A DNA stretch of 64,000 nucleotides from an uncultured delta proteobacterium (GCA_963712115.1 CAVQGX010000046.1:32001-96000); one strand, 5' to 3'; counted from the stretch's first letter, positions 48,241-58,590 are shown. The notes: generated by a model from the sequence alone, not told the origin. Numbers and translations are program-made.

Positions 48241-48779
48241 TACCCACTGAGAAAGAATGTTACGATCTGATGGATCAGTACCGGATGTTGGACAACGTTA
48301 GAGAGCACAGTATTGTGGTAGCTGAGATTGTCAGGGCCATCTCTCAAGGCCTTGTGACTTCCGGAGTGCAGATTTCGGTAGATAAGGCAGTAGCAGGGGC
48401 TTTGCTGCACGACATCGCTAAGACCCAGTGTCTCCAAACAGGTGGGGATCACGCCGCCCTTGGTAGGGAAATATGTTTACAACACCACTTAGATGAAATC
48501 GCCGACATCGTCGCTGAGCACGTTTGGCTGAAGAGCTACTCCCTCGATGGAGTGTATTCCGAAAAAGAAATTGTCTACTATGGAGACAAGAGGATTTTAC
48601 ACACCTCAGTAGTCAGTCTGGATGAGAGGATGCATGACATCATAGATCGCTACGGTAGGAATGACTCCAGACTCACACAACTGGTACGGATGAATTTTGA
48701 TATTTGCCAAGGGATTGAAAGGAAGTTGTTTAAAAGACTGGATTTCAGGCCTGAAGAATTGACCAGGATGATCTTGTAG
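48237..48779 (+). CDS. HD-domain phosphohydrolase
   Basis: EHS, LLHDIAK, DHA, EH, YGDKR. Confidence 0.85.
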   Translation: MIPTEKECYDLMDQYRMLDNVREHSIVVAEIVRAISQGLVTSGVQISVDKAVAGALLHDIAKTQCLQTGGDHAALGREICLQHHLDEIADIVAEHVWLKSYSLDGVYSEKEIVYYGDKRILHTSVVSLDERMHDIIDRYGRNDSRLTQLVRMNFDICQGIERKLFKRLDFRPEELTRMIL

Positions 48780-48800
48780 CTTGAATAACCTGCACGACTG

Positions 48801-48998
48801 TCATTCTTCCACCCAACAAATACAGCCGGTAGGGCAGAAATTGATGGCCTCCTGAACCTCCAGCTCAGGGTAACTGTCACATTCGATCACCTCAATGTAA
48901 CCCATGCTTTCATTGTGGCAGAATACCTCAGGACAGACTTCTACGCAGCCATCACATTCGACACATTCACCCAAGTCAACCTCAGGAACCTTCGCCAT
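48801..48998 (-). CDS. Ferredoxin
   Basis: CVECDGCVEVCPEVF ... CPTGCI. Confidence 0.9.
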   Translation of the reverse strand: MAKVPEVDLGECVECDGCVEVCPEVFCHNESMGYIEVIECDSYPELEVQEAINFCPTGCICWVEE

Positions 48999-49026
48999 AA
49001 ATTATCAGCCTTCCAATTAGACCATA

Positions 49027-49111
49027 GAATATCGAATGTAGAACAAGGAACCGCAGAATAATGAAGTGATTACTTCGAAATTCGATATTTCTTGTTCGAT
49101 ATTCTGCGGTT
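49027..49111. repeat. Inverted 7-mer-type array
   Basis: agaatatcgaatgtagaacaagg...gaagt / acttc...ttcttgttcgatattct. Confidence 0.65.
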
Positions 49112-49845
49112 TAACTCGCCGGATCCTTCCCAATCCAATCCCTGGCTTCCAAGCTCTGTCCATTAATATGAGTATCAGCCCTGGCCAGCCAGACAAAAAC
49201 CGGGGAGATATCTTCCGGAGCGGGCAAGGTCTTGGGATCTTCCTGGGGATAGGCTGCAGCCCTCATCTGGGTGCGGGTTCCTCCCGGATTTACTGCATTA
49301 ACCCTTATGTTTTCTCCCAGCAACTCCTGGGCCCAAACCTGAGTTAACCCCTCCACCCCGAACTTGCTCACCACATAAGCTCCCCACTCAGCACGGCCCA
49401 CGCGGCCTACTCCGCTAGAGATAAATATCACTGAGGGATGGTCACCTTTCCTCAGGAGCGGTAAGAGTTTCTGGGTAAGGAGAAACGGGACGGCGAGATT
49501 GATCCGGATGACTTCATCCCACTCTTTCTGAGGATAGGTAGCCAACGGAGTCTTGGGACCTAGAATCCCTGCACTATGAACCAGTACGTCCAGTTTGTCA
49601 TGTAGCCTGACGAACCTCTCAACCAGTGCTTCCGATCCTCCAAGGGTGTTCAGATCAGCGGCAATACAGTTATGCTTCGGCGATTCTGGCAAGCTTGCCA
49701 AACACTTACGCAGTGTTGCCTTGTCTCTACCGTGGAGCGTGACAATTGCCCCATTATCTGCAAAGACCCGGGCAATTCCCAGACCGATCCCCCGACTAGA
49801 GCCAGTGATCAAACAGACCCTGCCGGCTAAAAGCTCATTAGCCAT
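49111..49845 (-). CDS. Short-chain dehydrogenase/reductase (YciK-like)
   Basis: TGSSRGIG, WGAYVVSK, VNPGGTRTQMRAAAYP. Confidence 0.88.
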   Translation of the reverse strand: MANELLAGRVCLITGSSRGIGLGIARVFADNGAIVTLHGRDKATLRKCLASLPESPKHNCIAADLNTLGGSEALVERFVRLHDKLDVLVHSAGILGPKTPLATYPQKEWDEVIRINLAVPFLLTQKLLPLLRKGDHPSVIFISSGVGRVGRAEWGAYVVSKFGVEGLTQVWAQELLGENIRVNAVNPGGTRTQMRAAAYPQEDPKTLPAPEDISPVFVWLARADTHINGQSLEARDWIGKDPAS

Positions 49846-49919
49846 TATCCAAGACCTCTCTTTTTACCCAAAACTTACCGGGTAAAAAGTGGGTAAAAAT
49901 ATGTATATCACTTGTGTTG

Positions 49920-50669
49920 TCAAACTATTAGATTTGCCAGGGAATTATCGAGTTTGTCCACTATCCGGTCAACTCTTTCTTTGTCACCCGTACTGAGAAC
50001 ATGGCTAACAATTTCGAATTTAAGCTTAACAGCCCTCTGCAACCCCAGCGAGATGGAGGCCAGCAAAAAGCTCAAATCAGAGAAATACTCTTGATGAAAC
50101 TTGTCGTGCCATGGTACCAGTTCTTCTGATATTGCCTCAATTCTATCGGATGTTTGCAGAAGCAATGCATCCTCCACCAATGCATCTCCCTCCAACTCTA
50201 CGTATGGGCAGTAGTCCAAGTGGAAGTCAACAACCTCCTGCGGCAGCGAAACTCCCAACCTTTGCCACTGCCGCTGGCTGAGGGTCTTTGCCTGTCGGCT
50301 CTGTTCTGCCTTTTTCCGGTAATGCTCTTCTGTCCAAAGTCCATAGGCCCTGCAACCAAAAAATCTGTTCCGATAAATTAAACAGTTCTGACCTTCCAAA
50401 AATGGACACGATAGAATCTCAACCGGGTTCAAAAAGAAATAGCGGATCAGTCGTCTGTTCATCCACAACCTTTGCTCGGGTTTCATCTCCAGCAGCTGTT
50501 GAACTGCTGACAGGGCCTCGAGCAAATTCATCTCAGGAAGAAGAGAGCAGCAGTGCGTTCGCCGTCGGCACCGTGTACCCGGCAATTGAGCATAGGCCTC
50601 TTTCAAGGCCGACCTGTGCTCAGTTGATCTCTCTAGTAGCGCTCCTATCACTTCGCTGGAAAATGCCAC
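49920..50669 (-). CDS. YkgJ-family cysteine cluster protein
   Basis: CRRRTHCC; CPFL....CLIY..R..GCRAY. Confidence 0.75.
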   Translation of the reverse strand: MAFSSEVIGALLERSTEHRSALKEAYAQLPGTRCRRRTHCCSLLPEMNLLEALSAVQQLLEMKPEQRLWMNRRLIRYFFLNPVEILSCPFLEGQNCLIYRNRFFGCRAYGLWTEEHYRKKAEQSRQAKTLSQRQWQRLGVSLPQEVVDFHLDYCPYVELEGDALVEDALLLQTSDRIEAISEELVPWHDKFHQEYFSDLSFLLASISLGLQRAVKLKFEIVSHVLSTGDKERVDRIVDKLDNSLANLIV

Positions 50670-50769
50670 TCGAACTCAACCTCTTTTGGCAGGCAGCGCC
50701 AATTATTCAGCCCATGGAGTTGGATTGAAAAACGCCTCAAACTTACGGATGTCTGCATTTTAGTTTCTA

Positions 50770-50804
50770 CATTACTCCAGTACTCCACTACTCCATTACT
50801 CCAG
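50770..50804. repeat. 8-mer NTACTCCA array
   Basis: cattactc-cagtactc-cactactc-cattactc-cag. Confidence 0.8.
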
Positions 50805-50827
50805 TTCCTTGCTGCCTGCTGCCTTCT

Positions 50828-51946
50828 CTATACAAACTTTTCCTTCCAAACTCGCATCTTCTGATGGGGCCACCGTACGCAGAAGGCTGGTTTTCCTTTG
50901 ATTACCAATTGGGTGCAAGTATCGCACTCTGGGTCGCAATGAAGGATCTCATTCTCTCTTCCCTGCTCTACTTTTTCAGGCCATTTTGGATCTGTCCATA
51001 AAACCCTGGCAAGACCGATTAAATCCGCCTTGCCGCTGGCAATTATGTGCTCCGCCACCTCTCCGGTGTCTATTCTGCCAGCGGTAATAACGGGCACATC
51101 AATCTTTTTCTTGACTGCCGCAGCCAAATCAACCATGTAACCCTTATTTTTGGATCTTTCTATAATCTCCGGCAAGAAAAAGGACTCATAGGTCCCCCCC
51201 ATCACTGAAATATATTCGACCCCTGCTGAAGCCAGAGATTTGGCGAATTCCGTTGACTCTTCCAGCTTGAGACCATGGGGAAGCCATTCCTCCGCCAGAA
51301 ACCTATAGCCTACGGGAAAATCTCCTACCGCATCTTTTACTGCGGACAATACTTCCAGGGGAAACCTCTGGCGATTCTCTAAGGTCCCGCCGTACTCATC
51401 CTCTCTTTTGTTGGTCAGGGGAGAGACGAACTGGGCGAGCAAATAGCCAGTGCCTCCGTGCAGTTCTACCATGTCGAACCCAGCCTTTTTGACCCTGAGA
51501 GCTCCATTGGCAAATTTGCCCACTATCTCCCCTATGTCATTCTTGCTCAAGGCCCTGGGGAACCGGCCAAAGGTTTCCACCGCTGAAGGTGCCACTGGCT
51601 GCGCAAAACCGGCAAAACGTCCGGCGTGGTTGATTTGCAGACAAGCCAGAGCACCTTGCCCTTTTATGGTCGCTGCAAGTCGAGTCAGACCCTCTAAATT
51701 ATCATCAGTATCTGCTCTTATTGTTCTGTTGGAACCACTACCTTCAGGGTGATCAACGGTGGCATTCTCAACCACCACCAAAGCCACGCCGCTCTTTGCC
51801 ATTTCCTGATAATAATCCAATAGTAAGCTGCTAACAGTGCCACCCTCTCCAGCATAACCAAGGTAGAGGGGCGCCATGGTTATACGGTTTCTTAAGCTGA
51901 GTTTACCTATATTCAGTGGTGAAAACAGATTATTGAATGTAGTCAT
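50828..51946 (-). CDS. NADH:flavin oxidoreductase (old yellow enzyme family) with C-terminal Cys motif
   Basis: NRITMAP, QINHAGR, ELHGGTGYL..QF.SP..N.R.D.YGG, CDPECDTC...C. Confidence 0.9.
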   Translation of the reverse strand: MTTFNNLFSPLNIGKLSLRNRITMAPLYLGYAGEGGTVSSLLLDYYQEMAKSGVALVVVENATVDHPEGSGSNRTIRADTDDNLEGLTRLAATIKGQGALACLQINHAGRFAGFAQPVAPSAVETFGRFPRALSKNDIGEIVGKFANGALRVKKAGFDMVELHGGTGYLLAQFVSPLTNKREDEYGGTLENRQRFPLEVLSAVKDAVGDFPVGYRFLAEEWLPHGLKLEESTEFAKSLASAGVEYISVMGGTYESFFLPEIIERSKNKGYMVDLAAAVKKKIDVPVITAGRIDTGEVAEHIIASGKADLIGLARVLWTDPKWPEKVEQGRENEILHCDPECDTCTQLVIKGKPAFCVRWPHQKMRVWKEKFV

Positions 51947-52010
51947 AGCACACCTCCTTCAGGGCAACGACAGAAAGTTAGAACCACAGAGTGCACGGCG
52001 CCAATTCATC

Positions 52011-52110
52011 AAATAGTCGATTAGTCAGATCGTCAAGTCGTTCAATGGTTAACTGGTCAAGTAGGCTATTTCTCACCATTTGACGAATAAACGAATTGAC
52101 GATTTAACTT
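52011..52110. repeat. Inverted 8-mer array (different family)
   Basis: aaatagtc-gattagtc-agatcgtc-aagtcgtt-caatggtt-aactggtc ... tgacgaat-aaacgaat-tgacgatt. Confidence 0.65.
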
Positions 52111-52211
52111 AATTACACCTGTCTGCTATCAGCTACCAGCTGAATATTCGTTATGCTCTATGCGCTTTGCCTCGATTGTGCTCTTGGTGGTGCAAGCTAT
52201 CGCACAGCCAT

Positions 52212-53201
52212 TTACCAGCGAATCAGACTGCTGCCCCAGGTTAGACCACCCCCAAAACCGCAAAGAAGCACGAGATCTCCTTTTTGGATACGACCCTGTT
52301 GATTGGCCTCATCCAAGGCAATTGCCATACTTGCTGAGGAGATGTTGCCATAACGATCTATGTTTACAAAGATGCGATCCATGGGTACTCTGAGCTTCTT
52401 GGCCATGGCCTGCATGATTCTAATATTCGCCTGATGGGGAATATACAAAGCAATTTGATCCGCGGTGAGTCTATTTACTTCCAAGGCCTCCTCACAGGCC
52501 ATAGTAAAATGTTCCACCGCCACCCGAAAGGTCGTGGGAGCATCAACGAGTTGCAGGTAATGAACTCCTCGATCTACGCTTTCATGGCTTATGGGGGTAG
52601 TCCTTGAACCGCCCCCGGGCATTAGAAGATTCTCCCCCCTGGAACCATCCGTGTGAAGGATAGTAGATATAATCTCGGCACCATTCCTACTCCCGGTGTC
52701 CAATATTACAGCCCCCGCCCCGTCACCCCAAAGTATGGAGGAACTGCGATCCTGCCAGTTTACCGTTCGACTCATCACTTCCGCAGCTACTACCATGGCA
52801 TTCGCAAAGGTTCCAACTTTTAAATAGTGCTCTGCCACCGAAAGACCAAAAAGAAAGCCACAGCAGGCAGCTGTAACGTCAAAGGAGACCGCTCCACTGG
52901 CACCAATTCTCTTTTCCAACCAGTTAGCGCCGGATGGACAACAGGTATCTGGAGTGATTGTGGCCATAATCAAAAGATCAAGGTCGTTCGGTTCCATTCC
53001 TGCCCGAGCTAGAGCCTGGAAAGCCGCCTTTTGACCCAAATCCGAAGCTGCTTGATCAGGTTGAGCCAGACGCCGCTCACTGATGCCTGTTCGTTTGCGA
53101 ATCCACTCATCAGAGGTGTCAACCATTTTTTCAAGATCAAAATTAGAAAGGACCTTTTCCGGTAAGTAGGATCCTGTTCCTGCAATCCTAATTGCTTTCA
53201 T
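52212..53201 (-). CDS. fabH: 3-oxoacyl-ACP synthase III
   Basis: AACCGF, PHQAN and GNISSAS form the Cys-His-Asn triad; GFGGGLTWG. Confidence 0.93.
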   Translation of the reverse strand: MKAIRIAGTGSYLPEKVLSNFDLEKMVDTSDEWIRKRTGISERRLAQPDQAASDLGQKAAFQALARAGMEPNDLDLLIMATITPDTCCPSGANWLEKRIGASGAVSFDVTAACCGFLFGLSVAEHYLKVGTFANAMVVAAEVMSRTVNWQDRSSSILWGDGAGAVILDTGSRNGAEIISTILHTDGSRGENLLMPGGGSRTTPISHESVDRGVHYLQLVDAPTTFRVAVEHFTMACEEALEVNRLTADQIALYIPHQANIRIMQAMAKKLRVPMDRIFVNIDRYGNISSASMAIALDEANQQGRIQKGDLVLLCGFGGGLTWGSSLIRW

Positions 53202-53376
53202 GACAGTTTATCCCCCCCAATGGCTAAGAGAACTTTACCTCTTTTGGCAGACTGACCTAATCTCTACTAAAACATCCGGGCCATGCCTCCGGCCCACAGG
53301 GCCCAGGGCCCGGCGGGAGGACCCTGCTTTGGACTGCCCCCAGAGCTGGTCTTTCCTTTGCGCGAAAGTCTGCTGG

Positions 53377-53510
53377 AATAATGAAATCCCAAACTACAAG
53401 CACCAAATTTCCGGGTTTCAGGTTTTACCCTTTGTCTTTATTTTCCTGACACCTGACACCCGAAACCTGACACCTTACAGTGACCACCCACTACTGGCCA
53501 ATAGCCAATG
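53377..53510. repeat. 7-mer arrays (CTGACAC family)
   Basis: gggtttcaggtt ... cctgaca-cctgaca-cccgaaa-cctgaca. Confidence 0.65.
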
Positions 53511-53662
53511 TTAAAAACATGTTAATTACTCTGTTGATAATAATATTTGGTTTTTTCTCCGTTTTTAGCATTTTTTTCTTGAGAAATGAGAAAAAATATT
53601 TTACACTCCGCTCTTATTACTCCTCACTCTGGCTAAAGCAAACCTGAGTTCAGGAAAATCTG

Positions 53663-54796
53663 ATGGGATCCCCACCACTCGCAACTTCCGACCTCAACGG
53701 CCGAACCAATCTCGATGGAACTGGAGGGGTGGAAGATTGTGTCCACCGCTACCACCGCCTTTTCGAAAACGCCCCTTTAGTGGCCTACAGCTTGGACGGC
53801 CAGCTTCGTACTCTCTACATCAGCCCTTATTGTCTCAAGATATTTGGCTATAGTGATGAGGAAATCCAAAAAGATTATCTTTTCTGGGACAGACATATAC
53901 ACCCCGAGGATCAGCAGCGAGTTCACCTCCGCAGAGAACGTTACCTAAAAGAGGGCAAGAGTTTCAATATTGAATATCGAATCATCCACCAAGATCAAAC
54001 GGTGCGACACATTATTAACCACACAATTCCCATCACCCATAACAACAAGATTAACCTGATTGACGGCTTTATCTTTGACATCACAGCCAGAAAACACTTA
54101 GAAGATCAGCTCATACTCACAGAGAGGATCAAAGTCCTCAACGACATGTCTTTGGGGGTGGCCCACGAGATCAGAAATCCACTTACCTCTATCGGTGGTT
54201 TTGCCCGTTTGCTCGAGCGCAGGATGGCGCAAAGCGATCCCAATCGTTCCCACCTTGAGATTATTCTTAAGGAGGTATCCCGCCTGGAAGCGACGCTCAA
54301 TCGAGTTCTGGACGGGTTCAAGCGAATTCGCTTGCACCAGGTGCCAGCTGATATAAATGCAATCCTCGCCAGGGTCCTCAATCAGCTGAGCCACGAATTT
54401 CATCACACGGGTATCCAGCTCACTACTAAACTGAGTAATAGGATACCCGAAATAGAATTGGATCGGCATCTTATCGAGGAAGGCCTCCGTTCCATAATCA
54501 AGACCTCCATACGGGGCATGCAAAGTGGTGGTGAACTCACCATTACCACTGCCCCCAACCATCGCCATGTGGTGATCGAAATCTGTGGCTGGAATCTCAA
54601 TCCGGGACCTCTCGATAAATGTCAGCTGTTCTTTCCCTTTTACCGTGAACCAGCATTTGATGGCGGGATCGGCATTCCCCTCTCTCAGCAAATCATCGCC
54701 CAACATGGTGGCAACGTAGTTATCAAGAACGGCTCTGACCGGAAGGCAAGCCTAGTGATCACCCTGCCCATGCCTCGCCAGGCCCCAAGCAAGTAA
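53663..54796 (+). CDS. PAS-domain histidine kinase-like protein with a degenerate ATPase domain
   Basis: IHPED PAS motif; H-box AHEIRNPL; no NAxxA N-box or DxGxG G1 box. Confidence 0.85.
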   Translation: MGSPPLATSDLNGRTNLDGTGGVEDCVHRYHRLFENAPLVAYSLDGQLRTLYISPYCLKIFGYSDEEIQKDYLFWDRHIHPEDQQRVHLRRERYLKEGKSFNIEYRIIHQDQTVRHIINHTIPITHNNKINLIDGFIFDITARKHLEDQLILTERIKVLNDMSLGVAHEIRNPLTSIGGFARLLERRMAQSDPNRSHLEIILKEVSRLEATLNRVLDGFKRIRLHQVPADINAILARVLNQLSHEFHHTGIQLTTKLSNRIPEIELDRHLIEEGLRSIIKTSIRGMQSGGELTITTAPNHRHVVIEICGWNLNPGPLDKCQLFFPFYREPAFDGGIGIPLSQQIIAQHGGNVVIKNGSDRKASLVITLPMPRQAPSK

Positions 54797-55032
54797 CCCG
54801 TCATCTTTGCTCACAACCATCCCCAGTTAGCTCTATTAAGGCTTGAATTCTCCCCCTTGTGACTTTATAAATGAAGTTAGCTACGTTTCACTCCGCTACT
54901 CCATTATTCCAGGAGCGTAGCAGAAGGCAGTGGGGACCAAAATCTGTTTAACCCAATAGCTTTTATACTTCCGTGAAAGTTAACTAATATAGGCCCAAAT
55001 CTAGCCCCAGAGTTTTGAATTTAGAGGAGCCA

Positions 55033-56457
55033 ATGCACCAGCACCAGAGTAAGATGGAAAGAGTTCGTGAGAGGGTCAGAGAAAAGCGCGAAAATTATAC
55101 CCTTTACAACTTCGAGCGTCTCCAGGAAGAGGCCTTTGCCTCCTTCTTTGATTTGGCCCAAGAATATACTACCCTAGAAAATCTCTATCTTGTTTGCACC
55201 CTCGTGCCCAAGGAATTTTTTGATCTCGATGTTCGTCTTTACTTGCTGGATGAAGACGGTATAACCCTTAGTCTTGTTTGCTCCAGCAATAATGGGCTCG
55301 AAAAGGACTCCTCAGCCGGAAATCCTGAGGTAGTGGTCCAAGAAAGCCCTTATTTCTCGGGAGAGTCATATGTGATTCCCATTCGAGGCAACAAGGCGGT
55401 GGGGGAACTTTTGCCATTCCAGTATCTCAAGGATATCCTCGGCATGTTTGAGATATATCCTGCTGAAAAAATCACCGAACAGCAGCGTTTTTTTCTAGAG
55501 AAATTCACCAATCGCATTGGCTACAATCTGCATCAAAAGCAGCTAATCCATCAAAACCTACATCACATCAAATTCATCAACCAACTGGTTGCGGACATCG
55601 ATCACAATGTCATCTCGCCTAATCTTTACTATCGGCTATTTCTGCGAAAGCTTAAACGGCAGATCAAAGAGAATGTTGTTATCCAGGAAAAAGTACGTGA
55701 GTTGGTATCTTTCTGCCCGGAGATCGATAATCGGACTTGCCAAAAACTGCGGGAAATATACCACGGCCTAGGTGACAACATCGCCACCCTGGATGAGTCA
55801 AGAAAAGAGATGGAAAGGCATTACGAGCGCACCAGCCTCTACCTGGAAACCTTACTAAGACGTGAACATTTCCGCCACGGGACCTACGTTCTCCGTAAGC
55901 AACGTTGCAACTTCAGAACGGAAATCATCGAACCCACTTTGGCCCGTTACTTGCCGCAGTTCAAGCAAAGGGAAATCAAGGTTGACAACCGCTTGGAAGA
56001 AGTTCCAGACGAACTATTGGAGCTGGTCGTTGACAAAGGCCTTCTCGCGCAAGTTTATGACAATTTTTTTTCCAATGCAGTGAAATACACTGAGGAGATC
56101 GAAGACGAGTACGGCTACAAGGTGAAGTTCTTATCCTATGGAAAGAAACTTTTAACAGACTATTTTAGCCAGGGGATAGACGGGATTAAGTTCACCGTTT
56201 TCACCACCGGCAAACCAGTTGACCCTGACGAGAGTGATCGCGTTTTTGACGAGGGCTACAGGAGTGCCGGAAGCGAATTAGAGGTAGGCACTGGTCACGG
56301 CCTACACTTTGTCAAACACGTAATCGAGATCCACGGTGGAGAGGTGGGAGTGGAGCCCCAAAAGTATGGAAACACCTTTTACTTCATTTTGCCACAAAGA
56401 CATGACAAGGTGGATGTGACCAGTGACGAAGAAGCAACCAGGAGAATAATATGGTGA
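55033..56457 (+). CDS. Sensor histidine kinase with atypical H-box
   Basis: DIDHNVISP; N-box NFFSNAVKY; G2 GTGHGL; IHGG; ATG at 55033 follows GAGGAG. Confidence 0.8.
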   Translation: MHQHQSKMERVRERVREKRENYTLYNFERLQEEAFASFFDLAQEYTTLENLYLVCTLVPKEFFDLDVRLYLLDEDGITLSLVCSSNNGLEKDSSAGNPEVVVQESPYFSGESYVIPIRGNKAVGELLPFQYLKDILGMFEIYPAEKITEQQRFFLEKFTNRIGYNLHQKQLIHQNLHHIKFINQLVADIDHNVISPNLYYRLFLRKLKRQIKENVVIQEKVRELVSFCPEIDNRTCQKLREIYHGLGDNIATLDESRKEMERHYERTSLYLETLLRREHFRHGTYVLRKQRCNFRTEIIEPTLARYLPQFKQREIKVDNRLEEVPDELLELVVDKGLLAQVYDNFFSNAVKYTEEIEDEYGYKVKFLSYGKKLLTDYFSQGIDGIKFTVFTTGKPVDPDESDRVFDEGYRSAGSELEVGTGHGLHFVKHVIEIHGGEVGVEPQKYGNTFYFILPQRHDKVDVTSDEEATRRIIW

Positions 56458-56765
56458 GGAAGTTGCTCTGGTGGACCGCATGCGGTGCCAGTGCAATAAT
56501 GTCCATCTTTTTCCTTTTTGTGGGCATCAGTCTCTGCATAGCCTCTTACAATCTCAATCATCCCCATCAATTTATCCTCACCTTTTTTGCCTCCAACCTG
56601 ATCATACTAATCAGCGTTGTGATCATTGTTGCGGTTATCATCAGAGTTATAGGTCGTCTGCGCCATGGTGGTCCACAGCCGGCTGTGGACAGTTCCCAAC
56701 TGACTCCAGATTCTTCTGGATCCGCGGATCCTATAGATTCTACCGGAAGCAGTCCTCGGCGTTGA
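56451..56765 (+). CDS. Small two-TM membrane protein
   Basis: Two hydrophobic helices; overlaps the kinase stop codon. Confidence 0.6.
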   Translation: MVRKLLWWTACGASAIMSIFFLFVGISLCIASYNLNHPHQFILTFFASNLIILISVVIIVAVIIRVIGRLRHGGPQPAVDSSQLTPDSSGSADPIDSTGSSPRR

Positions 56766-56794
56766 AATCCCCATTCCCAGCCCGGATTTTTCCC

Positions 56795-57712
56795 ATGCCC
56801 AACTTAACACCTGAAGAGTACTTTGCTCCATTTTCTCAAATAATTCCAAATTTTGCCGCTTTCTGTAGCAAACTATCCGCTCCCCTGCCAGTACACTTCC
56901 GGATGAACACCCTAAAAGCCCCTGTGAGAGAGACTCGCTTGCGCTTAGAACAGCAAGGCATTGCTTTAGTGAAAGAAGATCCACTCAAATTAGTATACCG
57001 AGCCGAGAATATTAGCCAACCTGGACATCTCTTGGAATTCTCTTTGGGTCACCTGCACTCTCAGGCCTTCTCATCAGTACTGGCTGCTTTTGCTCTTGGA
57101 CCCGAGCCGGGCGAAACAGTGTTAGATCTCTGTGCTGCGCCTGGAAGCAAGACTAGCCTCATTGCTCAGTTAATGCAAAATAAAGGAATAATTGTGGCCA
57201 ACGACAGAAACCCAGACCGTCTTATTCCTCTACGAGCAAATTTAAAAAGGTTGGGTGTGACCAACACGGTGATCACTCGCTATCCGGGCCAACAATTTCC
57301 CAGGAGATTTTTCTTTGACCGAGTTCTGGTGGATGTACCATGTTCAGCCGAGGGCACCTTACGTGCCGGTCCGAATGGAACCTTCAGACAGTCAACTTGG
57401 GCTAGCCAAAAACTAACTAGATTGCAACGTGACCTTCTCCTAGTGGCATTTGATCTGCTCAAGGTTGGCGGCACCTTGGTTTATTCCACCTGCACCTATT
57501 CTCCCGATGAAAATGAAAGCGCGGTCCAGTTTTTACTAAAAACCAGGCCGGCAGAGATTCAACCCATTGAAATTGACCTGCCACACAGTCCTGGTCTGGA
57601 GCAATGGAAGGATACCTCCTATGATCCCTCCATCAAATACTGCTGGCGGATCTACCCCCACCAAATCGATACAGTGGGATTCTTCATGGCCAGAGTTGTT
57701 AAAGGATCCTGA
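56795..57712 (+). CDS. RsmB/RsmF (NOP2/Sun) RNA m5C methyltransferase, catalytic domain only
   Basis: VLDLCAAPGSKT, DVPCSAEG, YSTCT..PDENE. Confidence 0.9.
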   Translation: MPNLTPEEYFAPFSQIIPNFAAFCSKLSAPLPVHFRMNTLKAPVRETRLRLEQQGIALVKEDPLKLVYRAENISQPGHLLEFSLGHLHSQAFSSVLAAFALGPEPGETVLDLCAAPGSKTSLIAQLMQNKGIIVANDRNPDRLIPLRANLKRLGVTNTVITRYPGQQFPRRFFFDRVLVDVPCSAEGTLRAGPNGTFRQSTWASQKLTRLQRDLLLVAFDLLKVGGTLVYSTCTYSPDENESAVQFLLKTRPAEIQPIEIDLPHSPGLEQWKDTSYDPSIKYCWRIYPHQIDTVGFFMARVVKGS

Positions 57713-58172
57713 GCGAGATCATCTGTTGGGATTCTTCCGCCATCGCTTCGGCATCTCCAGAGCGGTTTTTTCCAATTATTACCTTTACAGGCGAAGGCGT
57801 ACTGTATGGGTGTTTAATAAGGATGATCGCTTGAGGGATTTGGCTTCGCTGCAGGTGGAATCGGTTGGCATACCACTGCTCCGCTGGGTGGGAACTCACC
57901 TCAAACCAACTTCGGTGGCATTGCAGCTCTTTGGTGCTCATGCAGACAGGAATATAGTCAGTCTGCCATCAGACCAGTTGCGTGATCTGGTTAAAAGCAA
58001 AGAAATCAAGAGTGAATTCGCCGGCAGTCCAGGTTATGTCATTGTCGCCAGCAACTCTGTAATCATTGGTTGCGCTCTCTACTTACCCGGCCGGCTTATC
58101 TCCCAGTTCCCCCGACATATGTTTACATCTCAGACCTGGGAATATGTTCTGCAAGACAGGGGAGATGGGTGA
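57696..58172 (+). CDS. Putative PUA/NIP7-like partner of the m5C methyltransferase (start uncertain)
   Basis: Overlaps the methyltransferase stop codon; G+xLLR...KPT...GYVIV..IGC resembles RsmF C-terminal domains. Confidence 0.55.
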   Translation: MLKDPERDHLLGFFRHRFGISRAVFSNYYLYRRRRTVWVFNKDDRLRDLASLQVESVGIPLLRWVGTHLKPTSVALQLFGAHADRNIVSLPSDQLRDLVKSKEIKSEFAGSPGYVIVASNSVIIGCALYLPGRLISQFPRHMFTSQTWEYVLQDRGDG

Positions 58173-58218
58173 GGCGTGACTCGAGATGGTGGGTCCTTCT
58201 AGATAAGATGGTATGGAT

Positions 58219-58509
58219 TTAGGACTCAGTAACGCTCTTGGTGCTGCTTTCGCTCGTTTCCGACTTGCTACCCTTATCCTCTTTATCACCACTATCGGTA
58301 GAGCTTCTCTCCGCTTGACTGCCAGGTTTTTTCCCGGCGTAGTCGGTTACATACCAGCCATTGCCCTTAAGGTGAAAACTGTTCAAAGAGATAAGCTTCT
58401 TCAGATTCCCTTTACAGTGCGGACAATCAGTCAAGGGAGGATCAGAGAATTTTTGCAATGCTTCAGTTGTCTGGTGACATCTTCCGCACTCGTACTCATA
58501 AATAGGCAC
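58219..58509 (-). CDS. FmdB-family zinc ribbon protein
   Basis: MPIYEYECGRC...CPHC...F.LKG.GWY.TDY. Confidence 0.9.
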   Translation of the reverse strand: MPIYEYECGRCHQTTEALQKFSDPPLTDCPHCKGNLKKLISLNSFHLKGNGWYVTDYAGKKPGSQAERSSTDSGDKEDKGSKSETSESSTKSVTES

Positions 58510-58590
58510 TTTTAATCACCTCCAACAATCATGTCGAATATGCGACCAGGTTCACAACCTGATTTTTATATAATCAGCTTCCGTAGTTTG

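Noticed and set aside
54098-54706. Long antisense or alternate-frame ORFs (e.g. 54098-54706, 58531-59139, 39218-39778)
   Set aside because: They are shadows of well-supported genes on the opposite strand and have no recognisable motifs.
56471-56794. Long N-terminal extensions in the ORF track (RsmF-like 56471, NuoF-like 38217, Omp85 30584, pilin 35668)
   Set aside because: Most overlap upstream genes; downstream starts fit family length or RBS position better.
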